A stretch of 64,000 nucleotides of DNA from the human T2T-CHM13v2.0 reference genome, Homo sapiens (GCF_009914755.1 NC_060930.1); one strand, 5' to 3'; positions 1 to 17,010 are shown, numbered from the stretch's first letter. A program made the numbers and translations. Notes: generated by a model from the letters alone, not told the origin.

Positions 1-2502
<2,502 letters not shown>

Positions 2503-2589
2503 TTGTTTGCCCCTTGTTCTTTCCCTGCAAAACCCCAATCCCGAATTGGTCTAACCACTCATTTTTCTATGGTTAAGCCCAGACTACAG

Positions 2590-3995
2590 ATTGCTGTGGG
2601 AAAATAACTTTGAAGAGACTGGTCTCATTTTCAGTTCATGGCATTCATCTTCAAAGGCTCCTCCCCCTGGAGCTCCCAGTCAGGCTCTCTCCTTTCATTT
2701 CCACCAATGGCAGTTTCATCTCCTTATTCAAGTGTCTCACACTGCTACTGTCAGCCAAAAAGCCATTATTATGAATTCCTTCAATTTTCTGACAGCACTT
2801 TCCCCTCCAGTTGTATCTGGATTCATCAATGGTTCTTAATTTTGCCTCCACAGGACCACCCTTCACCTCTCCTGTAACTTCTCCTTTCCCACCAAATTGC
2901 TTTCTCCCCTCCACCCCTACTACCCATTAAAAATACTTTCTCACCTACTCCCATTTACCTACTATTTTCCTTCCAAAGACAGCTGCTTGAAACAGAAGTT
3001 ACTTTGTTCATTTTCCTCACTATTCATTAATAACTCTTGCTTTTACCACCCTATGTCATCGTCTCCTAATTGCAGACTCCAAAACAGGTCAGTTCCTTCT
3101 CACCTGACCTCTCCATGTTATTAATCCCTTTAAAAAATTTACATGAAGGTATTCACAAAAATCCTTCTAATGGACAGAACTAATTTCTCTTTGACTTCCT
3201 CTCCACTCCACACTGTCATTTTAATGATGATATAACTGGGTGTCCTGCCTCTCTCATCTCATCCTTTGCTATTGCATTGTTCTTAATGTTTCTAGGATAA
3301 CTTTTAAAAATAAAAATATGATTGCGTTATGCCCCTGCTAAATCTCAATAATCTACATAGCCTCTGAATTCCTCATTTATTTCAGGAAGAAACTCAAACT
3401 CTAACATGGCATATTTAAGATCTGCAAAACTCTAATATTTTCTCCTAACTTCTGTGAGGACTTCTTTCCAATCCTAGTCTTGAGACATGTTGAACTAATA
3501 CTATTCCTTTCAATTATTGTTTTGGTTAATGTGTTATTGTTCCTCAACTGTATAGAATGGGTGATGCTCCACTAGGAAATTCAGTTAAGAGCTCTTCCAA
3601 GATGCTTTTCCAGATTCCCCCAGCCTCAAGTAGGGTGCTTGTTCTGTGGCACTGCAGTACCTTCCATATTCTAACACAGCCCTCGCTTACAATATTTTAA
3701 TTACTAAAATATTTATCTCTTTCCATCCCACTAGACTGTAAGCTCCTCTTGAAAGCTAAGTAATGGCTTCTCTGGTTCCACCTGTAACATTAAAAAAAAT
3801 TTTTTTTTGGTAGAGACGGGATCTCACTATGCTGCCCAGGTTGGTCTTGAACTCCTGGCCTCAAGCAGTCCTCCTGCCTCAGCCTATCAAAGTGTTGGGA
3901 TTACAGGCGTGAGCCACCACATCTAGCTTCTACCTGTAACATTTAGCCCAGTGCCTGAAATGTAGTAGAGAATCAATGAATGGTGAATGAATGAA
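2590..3995 (+). mobile_element. Degraded L2 remnants
   Basis: Pyrimidine-rich body; L2 3' end motifs (actagactgtaagctcc...gtgcctgaaatgtagtag...tgaatgaatgaa). Confidence 0.55.
3792..3927 (-). mobile_element. Alu left monomer (FLAM)
   Basis: Left-arm-only sequence; TSD TTCyACCTGTAACATT 3776-3791 / 3928-3943. Confidence 0.9.
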
Positions 3996-4591
3996 CAAAA
4001 TAATAATCAATGTCCTTTAAAAAAGCACAGACTATTTCACTTTTGGTACATTCCAAATTGTAATTTTATTTTACCCCAACAGACAAGTTTCTAAAATTTC
4101 CATAGAATCCCTATGGAATCATATTCAAGACAAGGCCACTTTATTTCCTGAGAAGTATTAGAAATATTAGAAAGACGCTGCAGAAGTCTGAGTTAAGAAC
4201 CTAATCTATAACAGCTCATTTATCACACTAAGAAGAGAATAAGACGGTTCATGAGATTCTGCTTCTTTAAACTAACATAAACTAAGGATACATCAATAGA
4301 AACAACCTACAGATCAGAAAAAGTTTCCTATGTGGTTTGGAATGTGTCACTTTAATTTTATTCACTCTAACTTTATTCATTTTAATGTTGTTTATAAAAT
4401 AACTCTATTAGGACAGAGACTTTGACTATTTTAAGTGGTATCCCAGCACCTGTAAGGAGATCTGGCATATAGTAGTTCAATAAATCTTTCTTCAATAAGT
4501 GAATGCACGTAAGTATTTAGCTTCAAATTCAGAGATAAGTGAAAGAATTTTTCTAGCAAAAGCAAAATAATCTAAACATTTGTCTAATTAC

Positions 4592-4740
4592 CTTTTTGCA
4601 AATCTGTTTCATTGTGACTTCTTCCAAGTTAGCACTGGCCAGTAATTTCTTTATTGTTTCCTTTAACTCTTCATCTGTAGGGGGTTTCTTCAACTTTTTA
4701 ATTAAAGGTTCATCATCTGAACTATCCTCAGACTCACTTT
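4592..4740 (-). CDS. DEK: DEK exon 9 (149 nt; SESEDSSDDEPLIKK...VTMKQICKK, start of DEK_C domain); CDS continues outside the window
   Basis: ttttag| acceptor, AAG|gtaatt donor; phase 1-0; cumulative CDS 1047 nt = 349 aa. Confidence 0.97.
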
Positions 4741-4944
4741 CTAAAAGTAATATAATAATAATAATTTTTCTTACATAGTAAATTAACATTTAACAAAGGC
4801 TGAGATGAATTTTAAGCTTTCAACAGATTCTCAAAGGGGTACTGGATCAAAAAAATTATAAATCACTACTCTACAGTTACCTATAAAACATGCATACAAA
4901 TTTTAGTCAATTTGAAAAATCAAAAACTATAAAAAACTGGTATA

Positions 4945-5395
4945 CAGGTTAGGCATCCCTAATCCAAAAATCCAAAACCTGAAATGTTCCAAAATCCAGC
5001 TTTTCAGAGCACCAACATGACACCACCAGGAGGTAATTCCATACCCGACCTCGTGTGACGGGTCGCAGTCAAAACTTGGTTTCAGGCCAAGGGCAGTGGT
5101 CCAAGCCTGTAAACCCAGTGCTCTGGGGGGCCAAGATAGGAGACTCGCTTGAGTCCAGCAGTTCAAGGCTACAGTGAGCTGTAACGGCACCACTGCAATA
5201 AATAATTTATTTAGTTAAAATATTAAACTACCTTCAGGCTATTTAAGATGAATATGAAACATGAATGAATTTCATGTTTAGACTGGGTCCCATCCCCAAG
5301 ATATCTCTCTCTCTGTCTCTCTCTCTCTATATATATATTGCAAAATCTGAATCACTTCCTGTCCCAAGCATTTCAGATAAGGGATATTCAACCTG
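4945..5395. mobile_element. Tigger4/MER46 (Zombi) DNA transposon fossil, interrupted by an Alu monomer (5085-5200, +)
   Basis: TA-flanked TIRs CAGGTTAGGCATCCCT ... AGGGATATTCAACCTG. Confidence 0.8.
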
Positions 5396-5520
5396 TATTA
5401 CTTCTCCCCGCAATGTTCTCTGCAGTTTACCTGTTTCTCCCACACACTTAAATACTATGTACAACATATTAATATATGCTATATCTTTAAAGTTGCTGAT
5501 TAATGTTATTTCTAACATAC

Positions 5521-5656
5521 CTTTTTTGGAACTGTTTTGATTCTTCTTGGTGGTGCTGCTATCTGCTTTTTTAACATTGGCACTTTTCACAGATTTTTTA
5601 CTTTTAGAAGTAGCTTTCTGTTTAGGTTTTTCTCTTTTGGCTGTCTTTTTTGGTGG
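5521..5656 (-). CDS. DEK: DEK exon 8 (136 nt; PPKKTAKREKPKQK...NQNSSKK)
   Basis: taacag|CCA acceptor, AAAG|gtatg donor; phase 0-1. Confidence 0.97.
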
Positions 5657-5956
5657 CTGTTACAAAAGAAAGTAAAAGTACACATATTGATGAGATTCAA
5701 TGCTATCCCATCCCATCCCTCTACTTCCCCTATGCCCCTTAATAATATTAGAGAAAACCAATATATTTGGTATCAGCAATTAAAAATTCTTTTTGAGAGA
5801 TGACTAATATACAACAATTTTATCCCAACACAAGTCTAAGCATGACAAATCACAATCACACACACACAAGAGTTGCCCATATTTATTCAACACTATGGAT
5901 AAACTACATATGCATTACTCTACTTAATCTTGGGGGGGACCCCTAAATATAGATAA

Positions 5957-6337
<381 letters not shown>

Positions 6338-6557
6338 TAACTCCTAAAATAGTCTCTGGTATACAGTAGTTGCTCAATAAATACTTATGACTATATGAGG
6401 AAACTAAGGCTCAGTGTGGTTACCTTGTCCACAGTCACATTAATAAACATGCAAGATTCAAATATAGATGTGACTCCAGAACTTGTGTTCTTAAACACTA
6501 ACCCATAGGTGATTAGACACAAACAAAATACATAAATATGGATAGATTAAAATGACA

Positions 6558-6840
6558 GGCCAGGCATGGTGGCTCATGCCTGTAATTCCAGCACTTTGGG
6601 AGGTCAAGGCGGGCGGATCATGAGATCAAGAGACTGAGACCATCCTGGTCAACATGGTGAAACACTGTCTCTCCTAAAAATACAAAAATTAGCTGGGTGT
6701 GGTGGTGGGCACCTGTAGTCTCAGCTACTCAGGAGGCTGAGGCAAGAGAATTGCTTGAACCCTGGAGATGGAGGTTGCAGTGAGTGGAGATCATGACACT
6801 GCACTCCAGGAGAGAGACTGTCTCAAAAAAAAAAAAAAAA
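6558..6840 (+). mobile_element. AluS (Sc-like)
   Basis: Dimer with A tail. Confidence 0.95.
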
Positions 6841-7064
6841 GACAAAATCAGAGTTCATACTTTGTCTCATGTGGAGCCTGTGAAATTAGAAAGCATTAAT
6901 TCTTAGTTTAATTAATGTTCCCAAAGGAAAAGCTTCCTATTAAACATTCCAAGATATTTTAAATTCTCCCATTTACACACTAAAACTACTGCGATCACTT
7001 GACAGAACGTTTCTCCAAATGTTTAACACTCTTGATTCCTGAGAGTTATCCTAAAGCAACCTGG

Positions 7065-7363
<299 letters not shown>

Positions 7364-7476
7364 AAGTCAACCTGTTTTTAAAGACATAAGCACTGTGTTG
7401 AACCTATCCTTTAGATTAAAGTATACACATCAATCTGTTCCAAAAGTGGCCTCAAGCTATTCATTGGATTTTAGTG

Positions 7477-7477
<1 letters not shown>

Positions 7478-7512
<35 letters not shown>

Positions 7513-7610
7513 AGATGGTCTCGCTATGTTACCCATGCTAGACTCAAACAATCCTCCCACCTCAGGCTCCTGAGTAGTTGGGACTACAGGCACACACCAC
7601 CTCACCTGGC
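7478..7610 (-). mobile_element. Alu monomer/fragment
   Basis: T tail plus deleted Alu body; TSD TGGATTTTAGTGT. Confidence 0.85.
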
Positions 7611-8519
7611 TGGATTTTAGTGTTTGTCTTTCTTTTTGCTAATATACCATCACTGTACCTATTTATACAAGCCTATCATCACCCTGCACTACCTCAATAA
7701 TATACCACTGGCTGGGAAGCATGTAGTTTAACTGCTACTAAAAAATACATTTTTAAGGTGTCAAGGGGCTGACATGCTTCTAAAAGTAAGTACATGAATT
7801 TCCCATGGACTTTTGCGATTTACAGGCCATTTTAACTTACTTCCTAATCCTAAGAGATGTTCTAGATGGTGTGGGGCTATGGGACAAGTATCAATGATTT
7901 GTCGTTTTTTTATGACGAACTTAAACTAAGTTTTAAGGTTCATTAAGTGTCCACCCAGTTCATGTGAACTATATATTAGGCTCTGAAAGGGAATCCTAAA
8001 AATTCTTAAGTTCTTTAGCACACTTAATACACAGAATACAATAATCATGATTATATATCATTTTTTAGTTAAAGGGTAATAAAATCTGGACTTGCAGGTA
8101 CAAGAAAGTAAGTTATTACTGAAAGGGTTGAAGGTTGAGCAAAAGAAACAATATCATCAATAATTACTCAATCTCCATTCAAATTAGAAAATCAGAATTA
8201 GATAACTAAAATACTTCCAAAGCCTTTTAAGGCTTGCCATTAAAATTTTAGATGTGATACACAACATGACATCATTTTAAAACCTGCAAATTGTGAGTAG
8301 TGACAGTTTGTCAAAGCATAAACATTTATAATAATAAATAACAAGCCATCTCCATAAAATCTTACTTCTGTATAACAAAACCACATCTTTCTACATTTCA
8401 TATCTGCTGTAAAGGATAATGTTCTACAGTTTTTCTAAACGGACAACCAGGCCTGTCATCTATTAAAATTTCTAAAAGACTGCAAATATACTGCACAAGC
8501 ACTAAAGAAAAATATACGA

Positions 8520-8725
8520 CATAATAGTTCAAAGAGTACAGGCTCTAGCAGCAAGCTGCCTGGTTTCAAATTCCAGCCCCAGTACATCTCTGGGCCCTTG
8601 TCTCATTTACAAAACAAAAGAAACAATAGTTCCTATGGTTTTATGGGGAGTAGATACATTAACAGATGAAAAGTATTTTTGGTAGTACCTGGCAAATAGT
8701 AAACACTAAATATTAACTATTATTA
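8520..8725 (+). mobile_element. MIR
   Basis: MIR-like core (ttcaaattccagccc...cctggcaaatagtaaacactaaatattaactattatt). Confidence 0.6.
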
Positions 8726-8817
8726 CTGAGTGCTTCCTTTTGCAGAATGAGAAATTCTTTGATTATGCAAATATAATTTCCTCCAATAACTTAAACTTTC
8801 TAAGTGTTTTCAAAAAG

Positions 8818-8938
8818 CAGGGTGCAGTGGCTCAATCCTGTAATCCCAACACTTTAGGAGGCTGAGATGGGAGGATCACTTGAGGCCAGAGGTTCAAGAC
8901 CAGCCTGGGCAAAATCAGAAGACCCTATCTCTAAAAAA
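8818..8938 (+). mobile_element. Alu left monomer (FLAM)
   Basis: Left arm only. Confidence 0.85.
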
Positions 8939-9809
8939 CTAATTTTCTTTTTTTTAAAAGCAGGGCAGATACACAGACTGGAAATTATAAACACAGTGAG
9001 ACAAACTCAATAACAACTGTATTAACTAGCCATGATATATCGCACTTACTTCACTACATTATAGTAGATACGACATGGCCCGCAAACATCTATAGTAATA
9101 CGTCATGTCATTTATACAGAATTTCATTTATCTTTAGCAACCAGCTGTAAATTCTTCTGTGACAAAGTTAAGGTAGGAATTTGGTAAAGTCTCTTTTTTA
9201 GATTAATGCTGAGTTAAGAAATCATGAAAGCTGAACAGTAAAACTACTAATGAATTTGTATCTTGTGCTTTAGTCCTGCAGGTTTTCATCACTTCGGCTG
9301 CCCTGAAGGTTATTAGGTATAGGAGGAATAGGTCTCTGGAAAATGGGGGCATCTCAAAGGACATACCTTGGTATTAGGACACAATGGACAATTTTTGTCT
9401 GTCAAGGTAAATATGGGTAACCAGAATTTGGAGGTAACAGAAAAAAACACAGGGAGAGCTGACAAGGCAAGTTAAACAATGTCCCCTTTAATTTTACATG
9501 AACTTTCAAATCTTCATTACTTTCATTCCTCCCCTGTACTTAGGAAAACCCCACTCATGATTCTAAACCTAGCTTAACAATTACCTCCTCTAAATCTTTC
9601 ACAATACCATCAATTTGATTAATCCATACTCTCAAAGTACTTGGCCTGCAATTCATTATCCCTACTTTATGGAAGGTATTGTGAAGCTGTAAGAACAAGG
9701 GTGTTACAGCCAAACATCCTGATTCCTGAGCACCTGTATATGTTTTTGAAGCTCCAGAGCTGACTCATCTAGCTATACCACATAAAATGAAAAGCACATT
9801 TATGGACTA

Positions 9810-10008
9810 GATTTGTCACCAAGACTTTTCTTTGAAGTGCCAGATAGTAAATATTTTCAGCTTTCCCGGCTACATATAATCTTTGTTGCATATTCATTTT
9901 TTTAAACAATCATTTAAAAATGGAAAAACCATTCTGAGCTTGAGGGCTGTATAAAAACAGGCTGTAGGCTGGACTTGGCATACAGGCTACACTGCCTGCT
10001 GATTCCTA
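9810..10008. mobile_element. MER58 hAT fossil
   Basis: gccagatagtaaatatttt...tgtataaaaacagg...ggctggacttggc motif. Confidence 0.65.
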
Positions 10009-10255
10009 GATTTTGAATTATTGGAGCTATATACAGTAAAGGCAGGAACCAGACAAAGCAATCAACAGGACAATTCCTCCAATTATCAAGTTTTTAATAG
10101 CTTTTAGTTTTAAGTTCTGATAAGCACAAGTGGATTTATACTCATTAACTTTCTTAAAGCTATTGCTTAAAATCAAATTTTGATCTAAATCAGGAATTCT
10201 AGAGAGAACTCTGAAGATAGAAGTACATAAACAAGAAGCTTTAGAAAGAATAGGA

Positions 10256-10518
10256 AGCCATGCACGGTGGCTCAACCCTGTAATCCCAGCACTTTGGGAG
10301 GCCAGGAGTTCGAGACCAGCCTGGCAACATCGTGAAACCCCGTCTCTACAAAAAATTAGTCAGGCGTGGTGGCATGCACCTGTGGACCCAGCTACTAGGG
10401 TGGCTGTGCCACGAGAATTGCTGAACCTGGGAGGTGGAGGTGGCAGTGAGTATCGATCGTGCCACTGTACCCCAGCCTGGGCAACAAAGCAAGACTCTGT
10501 CTCAAAAAAGAAGAAAGA
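10256..10518 (+). mobile_element. AluJ with internal deletions
   Basis: Alu dimer. Confidence 0.9.
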
Positions 10519-10524
10519 ATAATA

Positions 10525-11252
10525 CGGCAGTCTCCCTTTATCTATGGTTTCTCTTTCTGCATGTGGTTTCAACTACCTGTTGTCAACCATAGTCTGAAAA
10601 TATTAAATGGAAAATTCCAGAAGTAAACAACTCATAAATTTAAAATTGCATGCTGTTCTGAGTAGTGTGATGAAATCTCATGTCATCCTGCTCACTCCTG
10701 CCCGGGATGTGAATCATCCCTTTGTCCAGCATATCCACACTGTAGATGCTCCCAGAACCTTGGCCCATTAGTCACTAGCAGCCATCTTGGTTATCCTATC
10801 AACTGTTGCAGTATCATTGTGCTTGTGCCCAAGTACCCTTATGTGACTTAATAATGGCCCCAAAGCCCAGAAGTAGTAATGTTGGCAATTCAAACATGCC
10901 AAAGAGAAGCCATAAAGTGGGTTCTTTTAAGTGAAAGCTCTTTACTCAAGGAAAGAAAAAAATCATATGTTGAGGTTTCTAAGATCTATAGTAAGAACAA
11001 ATCTTCTATATGTGAAATTGTGAAGGGAAAAGAACTTTGTGCTGGCTCTGCTGTCAAACCTCAAACTGCGAAAGTTATGGCCACAGTGCAGGATAAGTGC
11101 TTAGTTATGATGAAAAAGGCATAATTTGAGGGTGGGAAACGTGAACAGAAACATGTCCCAAATGACAGCAATCGGGCTTGGCATGATCTGCAGTTTCAGG
11201 CATACACTGGGGGTCTTGAAATGTACTCCGTTCAGGTAAGAGGTGACTACTG
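10525..11252. mobile_element. MER44 (Tigger7-derived) DNA transposon fossil
   Basis: TIR-like ends CGGCAGTCTCCCTTTATC ... GTAAGAGGTGACTACTG; MER44 body (aaaatattaaatggaaaattccagaa); transposase-like peptide remnant in ORF 10879..11124. Confidence 0.8.
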
Positions 11253-11954
11253 TGAAGAGAAAGCACTAAAAAAGGTTTCTTATATATTTATTATAACCTC
11301 AAATACAAAAATGAGGAGACATACCTCACCTCTCATGGAGTCAAGACTAAATGAGATGCAAGATGTGAAAGCACATGGTATATACACTTTGAATAGTTTC
11401 TTCCTTGCAGTTGCTAATAAATGCTTACTGAGTGGTACTTCCTGGAAGACCAGAGGACGTGTCTCATTTTTTTTTTCTCCCACTTAGTAAAATGCTCAGG
11501 TATAGAATAAGATAATCATTTTGAATGAGTGAGAATAATGAACCTACCACCAAACATATTAGTCACACAACAATGCCCAGCTTCATGGGTTCTCTATAGC
11601 ATGGGTTCAACCTACATTACCTTAGTTTCATCTCTCATTGCTCTACTTCTGGGCACACAACTCTAACCACGAGTTAGTCAAAGGCACCCTGCCTTCCCTG
11701 TTCCTTATCTTTGTTCACACGTACAACTTTCCTCTCCATTCCCAAGGTCAACTTGAATTGGTAGTACTTCCACTTCTACCCAAAGCCTTTCCTCAAGAGG
11801 CATGAAGATTTTCCTTCTTTAGAAATCCTATAATGCTAAGTATCAAATGGCATTTGCTTGGAAAATATCTTCTGTAACCCTAACAGCATTTAGCATACTC
11901 CCAATTCACTGACTTGAGCAATCAAAAAGTGGTTACCTCAGAAATCAAAAGCCA

Positions 11955-12120
11955 GTGGGCAACAGAGCAAGAACCTCTCTCTACAAAAAATTTAAAAATT
12001 GCTAGCCACTTGGTGGCAGGATCACTTGAACCCTGGAGTTCAAGGCTGCAGTGAGCCATGATCTCACCACTGTACTCCAGCCTGGGCAACAGAGTAAGAC
12101 GTACGACTCTGTCTCAAAAA
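11955..12120 (+). mobile_element. AluJ fragment
   Basis: Linker plus right arm. Confidence 0.8.
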
Positions 12121-13169
12121 TAAGTGAAGTACTGACCCCCATTTTAAGTCTCTTTCAAAATATCTTGAAAACTTTAGTGATTATAATAAAAATTATATGG
12201 CATTGAGGAAATAATGTTGAAAATACTCACAATGGTTAACATCTTGTTATTTAACCTAAGTGGAGACAAGACTGAGTCTTTTAACAAAATGGGGGGAAAA
12301 TTAGGTTAAGTTTTTTTAAAAAAAGAATAAAGAAAAAGCTGATTTCCAAATTGTCATGAGATTTAAAGATTCGAGTTTGCTACTTCTCTATATGCTGAGT
12401 GGTTCAATCAGGACCATCAACTATTTCAGATGTTCTAAAGGGGAACAAATAAAAATGAACAGCTGCCATTAATGTCAGATAGTACAATGTACTATAACCT
12501 AAATTTTTAAAGGATCAGTAATACAGAAGTTTCAAAAACGTGAAGGGGATTCTCCCTGTCTCTGATAACCATGAAGGTACAGAATCAGAGGAATGACATA
12601 AGCACTTTTTGAAGGAAGGCAAAAAAAATCTTGGGAAAGCAAGGCTTACCTATGATTTATAGGCAGCAGGGCTCTTGAAGGAGGGTCTCCAAAAAAGACG
12701 CCTGTCACAGAGCCAGAATTCTGTCCTCACAGCAGAAAGGTTGTACTGGGTGAACAGATGAACAAAATAAAAATTAGCTTAAAATACACTATTCTTTCAA
12801 CAATTTGGCTGAGAAAACTCAGAATGCCAAGAGGAAAGAATGTGCAAGTCTAGTTATATTTCACAGAAGATTATGAAAGCAAGTTTAAATGGGTTTTAGT
12901 ATGGTGATTATTCAATTCTGCCTTCCAACGAAAGGTTTAAATGGTTTATACAGATTTTGCAATTCCTCTGATCAACGTGTGAGAGGAAGAGATAGTTTAG
13001 TTTTCTAAAACACAATGTGAAAGGACTAACAAAACTTTCACATTCACCTTACCACTACCAGATAATCCCTTGAATGGTCCAAATAGATAGTTTACCAAAA
13101 ATTATAATGGAGTTTCTCTGACTTGGCAAACATTGTAAGATGGCTCACTGAACCACCCACTTTTGATCT

Positions 13170-13580
13170 GCCTTCCTCTTATAAAGGTAGGAAAGCTGAC
13201 ACCTAGATCTCAGAGCTTCTCTTGCAGTTAGGTGGGCAGACAACAAAGTGCTGGCTGATGCCATGTATATGGAGATCTCTGGTAAAAGGCATCCCATTCA
13301 GGGAAAAAAGCCAAAACATCACTAGAAGAAAACCTTTTGCTCTTCCTTATCTGGAACATGAATACAATGTCTAAAGGTAAAACAACCACCTTGTGATCAT
13401 GAAGTTAATTGCCATATACTAAAGATGAGAGATCAGGAAAGGACAGTACCCACATCCTCAATTCCTTTCTTGAACTGCTGTACTGGCCCTAGAATGTCCC
13501 TGTCTGTGGGCTTCTTGTCATGAAAGAAAAATAAACTCCTGTTTCGAACATTATTAGTAAGGCTGACAATTATTTCAGCA
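13170..13580 (+). mobile_element. MLT1-type MaLR LTR (old)
   Basis: MLT1-like 3' motifs (aaaataaactcctgttt...ttcagcagaaaacattcc). Confidence 0.45.
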
Positions 13581-13913
13581 GAAAACATTCCTGATAACAT
13601 ATGGCAACATTCAGATAAATTCTAAATACTCGTAAAACTCCACAGTTTGTTTCATACTTTCGAGATACGTATGCGCTATAAAAACACTAGAAAATAAAAA
13701 TTGAAGACAGAGGTATTAGGATAAGATGAAAAAGAAATAAAATATGCTTTTAAAGAGTCTAAAAGACTGTTAGAATTGTTTTCTCCAATATGTACTATTT
13801 CCCCCTTTTTTCTGTACTCTGCAGTAATTTCTCTATGCCTCAAGGTTAACACCTGTGAATAGCATGACCAAATGTGGTTTATGACCAAATGTGGTTTAAC
13901 CTCAACGGCTCAT

Positions 13914-14265
13914 TGATACGGTTTGGCTCTGTGTCCCCACCCAAATCTCACCTTGAATTGTAATAATCCCCACGTTGTGGGAGGGACCCAGTGGGAGGTA
14001 ACTGAATCACGAGGGTGGGTTTTTCTCATGCTGTTCTCATGACAGTGAAACAGTCTCACCAGATCTGATGGTTTTATAAAAGGGAGTTGCCCTATACATA
14101 CCCTCTTGCTTGCTGCCGCGTAAGATGGGTCTTTGCTCCTCATTCGCCTTCCACCATGATTGTGAGGCCACCCCAGCCATGTGGAACTGTGAGTCAACTA
14201 AACTCCTTTAAAATTACTCAGTCTTGGGTATGTCTTTATTAACAGCGTGAGAAAGGACTAATACA
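13914..14265 (+). mobile_element. THE1 (THE1B-like) solo LTR
   Basis: TGATACGGTTTGGCTCTGTGTCCCCACCC ... GGACTAATACA; perfect 5-bp TSD CTCAT (13909-13913 / 14266-14270). Confidence 0.93.
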
Positions 14266-15784
14266 CTCATTTTAGCAATCCTGCCCTGAAGAAGCTAATC
14301 CCACATAGGAACCAGCTGATTTTCATAATCAATTTAGAGAAAATAACCTGTTTATTTTCCTATTTCTCATCAAAAGAAAAAAAGAAAATCATCCACCACT
14401 TCCTTCCCAATCGCTCTCCTTTTACTGTTCTAAAAAGCCAATGTCCAAGAGACAAGCTAATAAGGAAATTCAAAATGGCTCTTTTATAAAGGGATTTCTT
14501 TCTGAAGTTACTCTCACAAAGAATACTCTTTTATTTAATTACAAGGAAAAGAATTGCAAAACTATTGTGACTCACTCACTGCATATCATAAAAACAGAGG
14601 TAGAGGTACAGGTACAGAAAACCTCAAACAAGTGCTTTAGCAATTATCAGCTAATATGCTAAATCTGACATTTTCTTTTAAATTACTTTTGTAAAACTGT
14701 CATTTCAATTAACTATATGGATTTCAGTGATTTCATCTTAACACTGAATTTACTTATAAACACCTTAGTCTTCTACACATCTAAAGTTAAACATGAAACT
14801 AGGAGGAAAATAAATACAATTTAACCTCATATAATTAGCCAAAGGAGAACTATAAACTTACTCGGCTTGCATAAGATTTCTTACTTCAACAATGAATAGA
14901 GTATATTTGACTATACAGTTCAAAATCCTCATTTTACAGAGGAAACTGAACAAAGTAAAATCAATCTACCCAAATTCACAGTTATTTACTCCAAGAAAAA
15001 CAGAACAAGAAGCTGATCTTAATGAATAAGAGTCTTTTATTTATCAAAGAAAAATCTGTGTCAGAAAATAAACAGAATATTAACTCACTAATTTCCTATC
15101 ATAAAGAAATCTACAGGCAATCCAAAACTTCTGTGACTAACTTGCAACTTTTCTTTATGGCTTCTTAGAAAAGAGGTCCTTCCATAGTAATGACCAAAAA
15201 TAGCTCCATTTATGAAGTTCCTAACATGGCTGACATTTAGAACTGAGTCTTCATAAAATGGAATAAGGAAAAACAAAGTTGCCACAGATACACTGTTCCT
15301 CCTGCCAGAACTTACCTTTCAAAGGCCTTTCACAGAAACTGAATCAGCAATAAAAAGCTGAAGACAGTGCTAAATTTAAAGCAACAATGCTTGTTGGAGA
15401 GACATTTATCAGGGAAAAAAAAGGGGGGGAAACAATTTCTCAGTCCAAATTTTATTTTACATTTTATAAAATCTGTCAAGTACTAGCAAAGGTAGCAAAA
15501 AAATCCCTCTAATAAAATATGATATAGCTTTTATATTGTGTGATTTCATACACCTAATGTCTGAAAGCATTTTTACATTTTCTTCTCCCATGGATTTTCA
15601 TCAATTGACCTGGGTTTCTAGTCACAGACCCTAGATTAGGGCACTACAGAAGGTAAAGGTTTGATTTATAGTGAGATGGTTCCACTTGTGATTATTATCC
15701 TGGAACCAATATGGGTATAAATCAGGTATCATCTGCATACACCAAGTTCAACTACCTCTACAGAACTATGGGACAACAATTTAG

Positions 15785-16126
<342 letters not shown>

Positions 16127-16199
16127 TAACCTGCACCTAGTAATGACAAGAAGATTCGATTTAGAAGTTTTACTTGTCATAAAACATCATTTTAATTCT

Positions 16200-16420
16200 A
16201 ATAATAATAGCAACTAATACTTACATACTATATGCACCAGGCACCGCTCTAAGTATTTTAAATAAAATCCTTTAATATGACCCTATGAGGCTAATACTAT
16301 TATCACTCCCCATTTTACAGATGGGAAACTGAGGTATAGTTTAAATAACTTGCTTATACTAATACAGTAATAATCCAATATAGAGGTCAGATTTGAACTC
16401 AGTTTCCAGAGCCCATGCTA
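16200..16420 (-). mobile_element. MIR
   Basis: Core cccattttacagatgggaaactgagg. Confidence 0.8.
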
Positions 16421-16877
16421 ACGTCTCTATGAAAAAATTAGACATTTATATTCTATGATAATGTTTCGTGCTTTAACTCTGCCCATAAAGAGAGTTTAGG
16501 AATCTGAATGGCACACAGTAGACACCAAATATTTCCTGAATGAAGATACTATCAGTTTAAAAATTTCCACTGTTATATATATACATACAAACAAACATGT
16601 TTTCCTCCCGGATATCCAATCCATAAAGACCTTAATGCTCAGATTACTTATTTTCCTTTGTGCCAAATATATATTAAGATATTTATGAAGCACCTACTAG
16701 ATTCGTAACCCTCTTTCTTAAATGATGAAGCATTTCATACTTAGCTTTATAGAAGTCTTTATAAAATTTGACGCTAAAACAAGCATGAATTGTAAATAAC
16801 TCAAGACAAACATACATACTAAACACCCACACATATCATATAATACCAGAGTTCACTATATCTTTATTCCTTCTAAT

Positions 16878-17010
16878 TCAGTGGAGATGATTCCCTCCTT
16901 GTCTCGCCCCAGGGACATTTGACAATGTCTGAAGAACATTTTTGGTTGTCACAAGGGGGGCTTGGGAATATCACCCACAATTAAGAATCATCTGGTCCAA
17001 AATGTCAAGT
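16878..17010. mobile_element. MER20 hAT fossil
   Basis: ccccagggacatttgacaatgtctg...tggtccaaaatgtcaa. Confidence 0.75.

Noticed and set aside
14166-14182. PRDM9 hotspot 13-mer in the THE1 LTR
   Set aside because: CCACCCCAGCCAT does not fit CCNCCNTNNCCNC
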